The notes under the pieces were generated by a model. It was given only the letters and a program-made list of their open reading frames with translations. It had not been told where the DNA came from and searched no databases. Position numbers and translations under genes: made by a program. A stretch of 64,000 nt of DNA, from assembly GCA_039030515.1 (NCBI GenBank), contig JBCCEA010000002.1, positions 128,001 through 192,000 of the forward strand. The letters are read 5' to 3'. Positions 42,151 through 50,609 of the stretch are shown here, piece after piece (the stretch's first letter is position 1; each line of letters opens with the position of its first letter). Source of the DNA: Myxococcota bacterium (GTDB lineage Bacteria > Myxococcota_A > Polyangia > Polyangiales > Houyiibacteriaceae).

Positions 42151-42725
42151 GCTTTGCCACTCGCCATCTTCGACAGTTTGGTCGCAGTTGCTCTTGTGAC
42201 CAGACCACGGTCCTTCGCTTGGGCGATGGCCTGCTCCACGAGATCAGGCTGAACATGCAGCTCGATGCAGTCTTCGACGGTGCGCTTCGGTTTGGTCACC
42301 GGCACAGGCCCAACCCACGAACGATCAGTGTCTAGAATGTCGGCGAAGTGGAGAACGATTCCCGTCGGGGCGCGTAGACGGCGCGATGCCCAAGACTCTG
42401 GAAGGGTGAGGTGTTGCTGAGCGGGGAGCGCATCAGACAGCTCATGCAGATTGAGTGCGGTCTCCCCGGAGTAGACCCCCGCGCATTCCGTCCAGAGCCA
42501 GTAGACGACCAGCTCTTCGTGCTCGCTGGGTGGGAAATGGGTCAGTCGGTAGATCCCGCGCCGCACCCGCTCGATGCGTTTGGAGAGCAGATACTTCTGC
42601 AGCCGTTGGGGGTAGAAGCCGATCTCGTCAGCTTGTTGGGCGCTAAAGTGGCCAGATTGCCCCTCTGCAAGCTCGTAGAGGTCATCCCAGCCGGTTTCTG
42701 GGGCTGATTTGGGGCTCGTTGCCAT
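42147..42725 (-). CDS. AbiEi-family antitoxin/transcriptional regulator
   Basis: LA..Q.G.F...QA, IERVRRGIYRL, S.ETAL.LH.LSD, VPVT...RT..DC; overlaps toxin start. Confidence 0.88.
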   Translation of the reverse strand: MATSPKSAPETGWDDLYELAEGQSGHFSAQQADEIGFYPQRLQKYLLSKRIERVRRGIYRLTHFPPSEHEELVVYWLWTECAGVYSGETALNLHELSDALPAQQHLTLPESWASRRLRAPTGIVLHFADILDTDRSWVGPVPVTKPKRTVEDCIELHVQPDLVEQAIAQAKDRGLVTRATATKLSKMASGKA

Positions 42726-42728
42726 CCT

Positions 42729-42759
42729 CACGAATATAAACCATTGGTTTATGTTCGTG
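42729..42759. promoter_or_regulatory. 15-bp inverted repeat, probable AbiEi autoregulatory operator
   Basis: CACGAATATAAACCA-T-TGGTTTATGTTCGTG (one mismatch) immediately upstream of the antitoxin start. Confidence 0.6.
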
Positions 42760-43350
42760 CAACGTGCTCAGCCTGCTTTGCTTCGGCTAACTCCCGTCGG
42801 ATCTCCGCTCGGCGCAACCGGATCACCACCTTTACGGCTGCTCTGGCCTCTTCCCGCGAAAGCACGGGTGAACCACGGGCTTCGTCGGTATCGGCGGGGC
42901 GGGAAGCTTGCTCTCGTTCTCCCGCCGGAGTCCCTCGACCACCTGAGTCAGTCAAACGATTCCAGAGATGGCGCTATCGAAAGTCTTTGGTTCAAAATCA
43001 CCCGCACGAAGTCGATGCACGATGGTGTCACGAACCTCTTCGAGCGCGCTGATCTCCTCCACCCGCTTGGCAGCATGCCGCGCGCTTAACTCCGCCAGAG
43101 CCTTCTTGGCCACCGCTTCGCGATATTCGCTCCGCTTCTCGGCCCATCTTCCTTCAACGCTGCTCCGTTCCAGCGTTCTGAGCGAGACCGTCCCAATCTC
43201 TGGATGCAACTCATGGAGTGCAGCGAGACTTCGCGTTCCCGTGACATACAGCGTCTCGGCGGCAAGTTTCGCTGTCACCGAGTCGATCACGACGGGCTGT
43301 CGCTTGCTACGTCGAGCCTTGGACTCGGCTGGGGTGAGCTTCTTCCTCAT
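42749..43350 (-). pseudogene. Disrupted HTH protein resembling phage terminase small subunit/DUF1804-like proteins
   Basis: LYVTG.RSL..L....VSLRTLER.S.EG.W.EKR then helical region; TGA at 42952-42954 with protein-like continuation (LTQVVEGLRRE). Confidence 0.4.
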
Positions 43351-43368
43351 TGCAACCGCATCTTACCG

Positions 43369-44412
43369 TCAGGAAACCGGCAGATCACCGTCAGACGCGC
43401 TCTTGGGCCAGTGGATTGGCTCGTCGCTCCCCTCGCAAGGAGTGTATTTTGGTTCCGCATCCTTGTGAACCAGCGGCGAGAAGCGGCTACGTTCGTGCTC
43501 CTCGTGAATCAATCCGACCATCAACGACGGGCCCGAATCAGAGAAGTGCCAATTCACTGCCTTGCATCCAGATTCGTCCCGCCTGAAGTACGAATCAGAT
43601 CCGTTTGGCCAGTGAACCTTCCAGCCACAAAGCAGCCCTGCGTCGTCGACGAGAAACTCCAAAAGCCCCTTCAGGCCCGGATCATAGGGAAGCACCTGCC
43701 CCCTCGATTGCGCCAAACTCCCGCGAATGTGCTCCTCGACAGAAAAGAACCTGTCGTAGAAGGTCTCGGCCTCGGTAAGAATCTCATCTATGCGCTCCAG
43801 CGGCACATAGGGGACCATAACATTCCCACCGGCCTTCTCGGGTATGCACCCTGACCGCATGCAGAAACGCTTTCCGTCTAGAGCGTAGTCGGCGTGTTGA
43901 ATCGCGTTGCGAAGTTCGCGGAAGTAGAAGCGGCCGAAGATCTCGGAAGCTGGCGTCACACCTGCCTTTGCCGCAAGGCTATCCATCTTCTGGAGCTTGC
44001 TACTAAGGGGGACACTGGGAATTCCGAACGGGAGCTGCCTTCCCTCTCTCTCTGCCTTCTCCATCCGCTTCCTCAGGTCTACAAACGGCGAAAGCGAGTA
44101 CGAGAGTCCGCATTTCAGTCGCAGCAAGTTCGCCATCACGAACAACGGCCCATCCATCTCCACAAGCTGCGCATAGCCGACCAAGCGCAGCCTCCAGCGC
44201 GTCAACTCAGGTTCGTCAAAGCCATGCTGCTCAAGTGGCAAGCTCCGAAGCATGCGTAGATCCCGAGTTAAGTCTCGGGATTCCATAAGCGGATCCGTTC
44301 GTGGTCCGTCCATGCCCGCAGAGCGAGTCAACACGCAAGCTAGGTGCAGCGGGTCGACCGCCTCCATCTCCGCCAGCGATGCTAGCCAATCATGGTAAGG
44401 GGCTTCGGCCAC
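43369..44412 (-). CDS. Hypothetical protein with RxxxxH motif (HEPN-like)
   Basis: 347-aa ORF; helical N-half ending in ELRNAIQHADY. Confidence 0.6.
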   Translation of the reverse strand: MAEAPYHDWLASLAEMEAVDPLHLACVLTRSAGMDGPRTDPLMESRDLTRDLRMLRSLPLEQHGFDEPELTRWRLRLVGYAQLVEMDGPLFVMANLLRLKCGLSYSLSPFVDLRKRMEKAEREGRQLPFGIPSVPLSSKLQKMDSLAAKAGVTPASEIFGRFYFRELRNAIQHADYALDGKRFCMRSGCIPEKAGGNVMVPYVPLERIDEILTEAETFYDRFFSVEEHIRGSLAQSRGQVLPYDPGLKGLLEFLVDDAGLLCGWKVHWPNGSDSYFRRDESGCKAVNWHFSDSGPSLMVGLIHEEHERSRFSPLVHKDAEPKYTPCEGSDEPIHWPKSASDGDLPVS

Positions 44413-44420
44413 GGCGTTGG

Positions 44421-44628
44421 CTACTCCGCATCCTCTGAGTATTCATCGAGTACTGTGTCGGACAGATGCCCCAGGTGAGGTAGCTCGGCGACCTCACGGA
44501 TTGCATCGTACGACAGAAAGGTGCAGAGCTTGGCCAAGGGTCGTCGCTCTAGCAGTGAGAAAACAGGGCGCTGAATCTCGTCGAACACCTTCTGCTTGCG
44601 CGCCTCTGGAGCAACGATATGCGCGACA
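44421..44628 (-). pseudogene. 3' remnant of a conserved gene, recalled as the C-terminus of EVE-domain/nuclease-type proteins
   Basis: HIVAP..RK.KVF.EI.RPVFSLLE..PL...CTFLSYD.I.E...L.HL.HLSD.VL.EY; 5' part replaced by a palindromic repeat. Confidence 0.5.
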
Positions 44629-44712
44629 CACCGTACTGGGTACGGTCGTCTGAGCCTGCTGGCGGGCGCTGTGACCTGGACGCGTCCTGGACAACTCGTA
44701 CCAGGTACGGTG
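44629..44712. repeat. Palindromic element with CACCGTAC/GTACGGTG ends, related to the 24.6-kb repeats
   Basis: 44631-44645 is the exact reverse complement of 24650-24664. Confidence 0.75.
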
Positions 44713-44746
44713 ACGTTAGAGGCCGCGACGTGGATAGGAGGCGTCT

Positions 44747-45352
44747 TCAAACCATCGCCTCCATGTAGGGCTTCATGAGCCGATACACTCGGTCGGCCTT
44801 TGCAGCCTCAAGCAGTTCATCCACGGTACCCACGCGTTTTCCGAGGTAGTCGCGAAGCGCCTGAAGCGCGACCTCAAGACCCACATGACGACGGTACCGA
44901 AAACAGTCAGCCACCGTCTTCGTAGGTGTCGTAAGCTTCACGGTCACGCCGTCGATCTCTCGCTCGACCACACCGTAAGTCCAAGCAGCACCACTGGCGC
45001 GAACTATCTCAAGCTTTGGAGAGTTGACTTTAGGCGTCCACGACGACTTCGCGATCATAACCCACACAGCATGCGGAAGCTCCGTGGTCAGCTCATGGGC
45101 CTGGAGCGCACTCAGCAGACAGATCACACCATGCGGAACGCGAACCGCGACCTGGGCAAGGGTGTGCAGCTCTGACACGTCCTGACCAGCCAGCTGATAG
45201 AGCCCACGGTCGACTTGCTCAAGCTCCCCGCGATCACACAGTCGCTTCAGGTATACGCGAGGGATTCCCGCAACAGCGAGATCACGAGGGCGAATGGGCC
45301 GAGCTGATGCCAACCTGAGAAGTCGGACTCTATGGGTCTCTTCGCTGCTCAT
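44747..45352 (-). CDS. AbiEi-family antitoxin (orphan; cognate toxin deleted)
   Basis: RGLY.L, VP.GVICLLSAL..HELTT..P..VW..I, KTVADCFRYR..VGLEVA..AL, MKPYMEA. Confidence 0.9.
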   Translation of the reverse strand: MSSEETHRVRLLRLASARPIRPRDLAVAGIPRVYLKRLCDRGELEQVDRGLYQLAGQDVSELHTLAQVAVRVPHGVICLLSALQAHELTTELPHAVWVMIAKSSWTPKVNSPKLEIVRASGAAWTYGVVEREIDGVTVKLTTPTKTVADCFRYRRHVGLEVALQALRDYLGKRVGTVDELLEAAKADRVYRLMKPYMEAMV

Positions 45353-45363
45353 GATACATATCC

Positions 45364-45380
45364 TTATTCGTCACGAATAA
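45364..45380. promoter_or_regulatory. Perfect palindrome TTATTCGT-C-ACGAATAA, probable operator
   Basis: AT-rich, 12 bp upstream of the AbiEi start; weaker outer arms tacatatcc/ggattttgta. Confidence 0.55.
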
Positions 45381-45810
45381 TAGTATGGATTTTGTAACAC
45401 ACTGCGAGTATTTGTACTTCCCCACAGACAGCTTAGGGTGCCTAACGATTCCAGACATCGCTGGAGCCGCCGAGAGCGAGGACGATGGTAGGGCGACATT
45501 CTTCGCCTATCCGAAGTGGTTTGATAGCCATATCCAGCCGCAGTTCGGAAAGCGTCACTACACGCTCACTGGACAAGGACGAACCCGCACGACGATTTCG
45601 GTCCTTTCGCTACCGAACCTTGAACTCGTGGTCCCGTTCACGTCGCGTGGTGGGCAAGGCGGAACACCTCGACAAGGGAAGCAATCCTCGCTTTGTTGTC
45701 ACCTCGCTCCGCTCCCCTCCCTTAGGCCGCACGACTCCATCTCGACGTAGATGCAGGGACCGCTTGGCCCGCTTCCGTACCATCAACCCTGACGTCGTGA
45801 CGGATCCGGG

Positions 45811-46194
45811 CTAAGGAGCGTCTACGAAGAGGGGGAACTCGACCCTGAAGCAACTGTTCGGAAATACCGAATAGTTCGAACCGAATGAAATCGTTTGGTT
45901 TCTCGCCTTATCGACCACTACAGCCTGCCTGCGATTCTAGCCGTGGGGTACCGGTTGCGCTCAGACCAAGGCACCCGTTTTCGGCAGTGGGCGACAGCAC
46001 GCCTAGACGAGTTCTTGGTCAAAGGCTTTTTGCTCGACGACAAACGTCTCAAGTCCGGCGAGAACCTTGGCGAGGACTACTTCGACGAACTTCTTGAACG
46101 CATCCGTGACATCCGCAAAGCAGACATCGCGGTGGCGAAGAACTACCTGAGCAAAGAAGAACTCAGTGAGTTGACTCGAAGGCGCACTCATTGA
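45811..46194 (+). pseudogene. RhuM-family (virulence RhuM) pseudogene
   Basis: VYEEGEL..EATVRKYRIVRTE, in-frame TGA at 45886, YSL.AILAVGYR..S..GT.FRQWAT..L.EFLVKGF..DD.RLK, DYFDELLERIRDIR joined directly to KAD..VAKNYL. Confidence 0.85.
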
Positions 46195-47723
46195 CGCCTC
46201 CAAAAACCAGGCATAAACAGGGCCGTAAGCGTGAAGAACTCAAGACGACCGAGGATCATGACAAAAGAGAAAAAGAGCTTCGATAGCTTGGAATAGCCGG
46301 CAAAATTATCTTCCATACCGGCGAGCTCGTGAAACGGAGCCGGTCCCATATTCGACAAACAGCTGAGCAGAGCGCCAAACGCTGCCGGCAGTGGAACGGT
46401 GTTTCCTTCAAAAGCCGGCACGAGAAACAGACCGAGGACGAGAGAAGAGACGAAGAGCACGCCAAAGGCACTGACGTCCGCGACCACCTCGGGATCGATC
46501 ACCTGTTTGCCGAGCCGAATCAAGCGGACCACCGTCGGCCGATAGGTCTTACTTATCTGAGCGCCAGCCTGTTTGGCCAAAATGATCGTTCTTTCGATCT
46601 TAAATCCACCCGCAGTGGACCCCGAGCAGCCGCCGACGATCATCAGTAAAATCACGCAGGCAAGCCCAAAAGCCGGATACTGCGCATAGTCGTCCGTAGC
46701 GAATCCCGTTGAAGAAACCGTCGTCGCCACCATGAAGAATGCGTGTCGAAAACTGGTTTCGAGCGATCGATCTCCGGCGGAGATGACGACTACAAAGAGC
46801 GCCAGAGTAAAAATCAACACACCAGAAGCAAATACGCGAAACTCCAAAGACCGAGCGAAGTGGCGCAGTGTCCGCTGCCGCAATGCTAGGTAGTAGAGAT
46901 TGTAGTTAACCGTGCCGATGAGCATGAAGAGCGCAATCGCATATTGCACGGAAGCATCAAAATGACCGATCGACTCCGAATGGGTGGAAAACCCGCCTGT
47001 CGACATCGTCGTCAACGCATGGCAGACGGCGTCGAAAAGCGAGACGCCAAGCAGACAGAGCAGCAGCACCTCTAGCGAGGTCAGCAACAAGTAAATGCGC
47101 CAGAGCGCCCCTGCGGTTTCAGCGATCCGCGGACGCAACCCCTCGGAAACCGCTCCGGGAACTTCTCCCTTGAACATCTGTTTTGCCGAAACACCCATAT
47201 TGGGAAAGATCGCGACAAAGAGGACGACGATACCCATGCCGCCGAGCCACTGCAGAAACGAGCGCCATAGGAGGATCGGTCGACTGAGGCCTTCAAGGTC
47301 GACAATGACGGTGGCGCCCGTGGTCGTTAGCCCGCTCACCGATTCAAAAACCGCGTCGACAAGCGACATCTCGGCCCCAAACACAAACGGTAGCGAACCG
47401 CAAAAACCCGTCATCGTCCAAACGAGACCGACCGAAAGGATGGCCTCACGACGCGTCAACTTCAGGCGGGCATGGCGCCGTCCAAAAGCCACCCCGAACA
47501 GACCCAGGCCGAGCGTCAGAGCCGAGGCGAAAAACAGGCCGCCGGCGCCGCCAAGTCCGGGTCTCAGATAGGCTCCTTCAAAAGCGGCTCCGAACAAGCC
47601 GCACAGTCCGATAGAGGCACCGAACCCGACGAGAACCACCCCGACGGGTCGCAATACAGCCCGAAAGTCGCGCACGGCTCCTTTGTGTCGGACAGCCCGC
47701 GAACGCGACGCACGCGCAGTCAT
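46188..47723 (-). CDS. trkH: Trk potassium uptake membrane protein
   Basis: FESVSGLTTTGAT, QWLGGMGI, STGGF, GGCSGSTAGG.K, GRLE; start at ATG 47723 (MTARAS). Confidence 0.95.
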   Translation of the reverse strand: MTARASRSRAVRHKGAVRDFRAVLRPVGVVLVGFGASIGLCGLFGAAFEGAYLRPGLGGAGGLFFASALTLGLGLFGVAFGRRHARLKLTRREAILSVGLVWTMTGFCGSLPFVFGAEMSLVDAVFESVSGLTTTGATVIVDLEGLSRPILLWRSFLQWLGGMGIVVLFVAIFPNMGVSAKQMFKGEVPGAVSEGLRPRIAETAGALWRIYLLLTSLEVLLLCLLGVSLFDAVCHALTTMSTGGFSTHSESIGHFDASVQYAIALFMLIGTVNYNLYYLALRQRTLRHFARSLEFRVFASGVLIFTLALFVVVISAGDRSLETSFRHAFFMVATTVSSTGFATDDYAQYPAFGLACVILLMIVGGCSGSTAGGFKIERTIILAKQAGAQISKTYRPTVVRLIRLGKQVIDPEVVADVSAFGVLFVSSLVLGLFLVPAFEGNTVPLPAAFGALLSCLSNMGPAPFHELAGMEDNFAGYSKLSKLFFSFVMILGRLEFFTLTALFMPGFWRRQ

Positions 47724-47883
47724 CTGCCACCGCGCGAGGGCATCCGAAACAAACGCTGCACCGCAGGACGCCCAGTCATCTGCCACCGCGCGAGGGCACC
47801 CGAAACAAACGCTGCACCGCAGGACGCCCAGTCATCTGCCACCGCGCGAGGGCACCCGAAATAAACGCTGCACCGCAGGACGC
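47717..47883. repeat. Three 56-bp tandem copies of the trkA 3' end / trkH start junction
   Basis: Units start at 47717, 47773, 47829 and differ at only a few bases. Confidence 0.95.
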
Positions 47884-49208
47884 GCCTGCCGGGTCGTCAT
47901 GACGATCACGTGATCACCGGCCCGCACTTCGTCCTCACCCCGGGGGATCACCACCTCGTCGCCGCGTACGATGGCCGCCACCAGCGCACCACGCGGCACA
48001 TCGAGACGACGCAGGGGCATCCCGGTCGCGGCGCAATCTGGAGGCACGTGCAGCTCCACCACCTCGGCCTGCCCGTCTTCGAGCACGTGTAAACTGTGGA
48101 GCGAGTCGATTCGCGCGTAGCGCAGCACATGGTCGGAAGCCACGGTCCGCGGCGACAAAACGATGTCGACACCGAGCTGGCGGTAGATCGGCAGATAGTT
48201 GGCGCGCTGAACCACGGCGGCCGTCCGCTGAACCCCAAGGCGCTTTGCCAAAAGTGCGGCCATCAAATTGACCTCGTCAGCCGCCGTGACCGCAGCAAAG
48301 AGATCAAATGTCTCCACCTCTTCTTCTTCGAGAAGCGCGCCATCCGTTCCATCGCCGTGTACGACCGTGACCGGGCGGAGGTCGGCAGATAGATGTTCCG
48401 CCACCTCGCGATTTTGTTCGAATACGGTCACCTGCACCCCTTGATCCACGAGGCTTGCTGCCATCGCCCGACCGATCACCCCTCCGCCAACAATGCAAAC
48501 GCGCCCAGCTTCTCTCCTCGAAGAAAAGAGGTCCTCCGCCTCGACCACGTCATCGGAGTGGCCGATGAGGTAGATGCGGTCACCCTGAGCGAGGACATCC
48601 GCCCCTCCCGGCACGAACACTTCCGAGGCGCGCACGATCGCCGCAATGAGTGTTTTGCGGGGCAGATCGAGCGTCGACAGCGGTTTCCCGAGGCCTCGAG
48701 TGCGCTCGTGGAGGTCCATTTGGACGAGCTCGACCCGGCTTTGCGCCAGATCCACGACCTCGCAAGCGCCGTGGGAACGCGCGACTCGGGCAAGCTCTTG
48801 GGCGACGAGCACCCTGGGATTGATCACCACATCGACGCCCAGGAGCCCGTATCGAACTCCGGCCGCCCGCTCGGCCCAGTGGGCTCCCTGAGCCCGCGCG
48901 ATCACCCGGCGTGCGCCCAACTGCTTGGCCGCCAGCGCAGCGATCAGATTGACCTCATCGTTGTCGGTCACCGCAACCACGAGTTCCGCCCGATCCACGC
49001 CCGCCTTTGAGAGCAGGTCGTGACTGGCGCCGTAGCCGTGAAGCGTCATCACGTCGAAGTGGTCTTCCGCGTATTGAACCGCGGCGGAGGACGCATCGAT
49101 CGCGACGACATCGTGACCTTCCCGGTCGAATTCTGCGAGGAGATGCTTGCCCACTTCCCCGAGCCCGATCACGACGATGTACATCAGGCGCTCTGCTCCT
49201 CCCGCCAC
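47832..49208 (-). CDS. trkA: Trk potassium uptake NAD-binding subunit; start probably MYIVVIG (~49184)
   Basis: Two RCK_N/RCK_C pairs (IGLGEVG; IVGGGVIG; GDGTD; VT..DEVN). Confidence 0.95.
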   Translation of the reverse strand: MAGGAERLMYIVVIGLGEVGKHLLAEFDREGHDVVAIDASSAAVQYAEDHFDVMTLHGYGASHDLLSKAGVDRAELVVAVTDNDEVNLIAALAAKQLGARRVIARAQGAHWAERAAGVRYGLLGVDVVINPRVLVAQELARVARSHGACEVVDLAQSRVELVQMDLHERTRGLGKPLSTLDLPRKTLIAAIVRASEVFVPGGADVLAQGDRIYLIGHSDDVVEAEDLFSSRREAGRVCIVGGGVIGRAMAASLVDQGVQVTVFEQNREVAEHLSADLRPVTVVHGDGTDGALLEEEEVETFDLFAAVTAADEVNLMAALLAKRLGVQRTAAVVQRANYLPIYRQLGVDIVLSPRTVASDHVLRYARIDSLHSLHVLEDGQAEVVELHVPPDCAATGMPLRRLDVPRGALVAAIVRGDEVVIPRGEDEVRAGDHVIVMTTRQARPAVQRLFRVPSRGGR

Positions 49209-49585
49209 ACTTCACCCACGTCGACGAGATACGCGCGAGGCAGGTAAGGAGCGAATACCCGGTCAAACACGACCGAGAAACACCGACCGGCCAGACCGAG
49301 AAACACCGACCGGCAAGGTGATAGGGGTGGCTCGATCGCAGCAGCAACTTCGATTGCAGCAGCCACGGAGTATTTCACGGCACTGCAGGTTATCGGTGTG
49401 TGCGGGCCACGCATGATATCGAGCGGATAGGCTCTATAGCATTGGGCAGTATCGCTTCTGTAAAGGAGTTTACTTTTTGCAGAGATCGCTGACGAACCAT
49501 GTTGCCTAGCGCGGTGATCGTCCGGGTCCTCATCGATTCTCTACACTTGACGCATTGCGTTGCTCAGGGACCGATCGCGGGTGGG

Positions 49586-49614
49586 TTGACACCCCAGACC
49601 CCCCCCTCTACGTT
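49586..49614 (+). promoter_or_regulatory. Sigma70-type promoter upstream of lipA
   Basis: TTGACA-17 nt-TACGTT, ~40 nt before the lipA start. Confidence 0.55.
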
Positions 49615-49652
49615 GGTCAATACCCCCTGTTTTCACACGGACTTCATCGATT

Positions 49653-50609
49653 ATGACGTTGCCCAACCGCAAGCCGGAATGGCTCCGAATCCGGCTGCCT
49701 GGCGGAACAAGCCAGCAGCGCATTCGTGAACTCGAGCAGCTGCTCAGCGACAGTGACTTGCAAACCGTGTGCAAAGAGGCTCGCTGTCCGAATATTTTTG
49801 AATGCTGGAGTGCGGGCACGGCCACGATCATGATTCTGGGAGAAACCTGCACTCGAGCGTGTCGGTTCTGCGCGGTTCGGACAGGTCAACCCGGCGGAAT
49901 CGTGGATCCACGAGAACCGGAACACACCGCCCGAGCGCTTGCAAAGATGGATCTGGCCTACGTCGTGATCACGATGGTCGACCGGGACGACATCCCCGAT
50001 GGTGGCGCAGCCCACGTCGCTCAGACGGTTCGCAGGGTTAAGGAGCACAGCCCAAACCTCTTGCTGGAAACCCTGGTAGGCGACTTTCAAGGCATGCGGC
50101 AAGACGTCGATACGGTGGTGATCGACGGGAGACCGGATGTGTTCGCCCATAACGTGGAGGTCGTACCGAGTCTGCAACGCTCCATTCGAGATGCCCGATG
50201 CAGCTGGCAGAGGTCGATCGATGTGCTTCGCTGGGCGAAAGAGGCGGGTGACGGCGAGCGCATCGTCACGAAGTCTTCCCTCATGGTGGGCATTGGCGAG
50301 GAAGAGCCGGAAATCCTAGCGGCGATGGAAGGTTTGCGCGAGGTCGGGGTTGATGTCTTGACGATCGGGCAATATCTGCAGCCGACAAAGAAGCACGCGC
50401 CGGTCGTACGCTACGTCACTCCCGCAGAATTTGAACACTATCGCGAAAAGGGTCTTGCCATGGGATTTCAGTACGTCGCCTCGGGCCCTCTTGTCCGCTC
50501 CAGCTACAAGGCTGCTGAAGCATTCTTGAGCGGTGTTCTTCGAGAGTCTGGGGAGATGAAACGCAGCGATTCTTACGGTCGCAAAAAACACTTGAGGGTG
50601 GTGGAGTGA
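49653..50609 (+). CDS. lipA: Lipoyl synthase
   Basis: KPEWL, TVCKEARCPNIFECW, CTRACRFC, GQYLQP, GPLVRSSY. Confidence 0.97.
   Translation: MTLPNRKPEWLRIRLPGGTSQQRIRELEQLLSDSDLQTVCKEARCPNIFECWSAGTATIMILGETCTRACRFCAVRTGQPGGIVDPREPEHTARALAKMDLAYVVITMVDRDDIPDGGAAHVAQTVRRVKEHSPNLLLETLVGDFQGMRQDVDTVVIDGRPDVFAHNVEVVPSLQRSIRDARCSWQRSIDVLRWAKEAGDGERIVTKSSLMVGIGEEEPEILAAMEGLREVGVDVLTIGQYLQPTKKHAPVVRYVTPAEFEHYREKGLAMGFQYVASGPLVRSSYKAAEAFLSGVLRESGEMKRSDSYGRKKHLRVVE

Larger units (their letters stand above)
41079..46190. mobile_element. Degenerate integrative/defence island remnant (no integrase visible)
   Basis: Att-like left end, type IV TA genes, phage-like and RhuM pseudogenes, inserted between fni and trkH; right boundary approximate. 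Confidence 0.65.

Noticed and set aside
44629..44720. Integron attC site
   Set aside because: A TAAC is present on the minus strand, but there is no complementary GTTRRRY end and no integron integrase
45385..45750. 121-aa ORF in the island
   Set aside because: Starts within the AbiEi operator region and has no recognisable motif; probably scrambled remnant DNA
47724..47786. trkH start at 47786 as in the ORF track
   Set aside because: The extension is repeat-derived; the AUGA-coupled ATG at 47723 is the more plausible start
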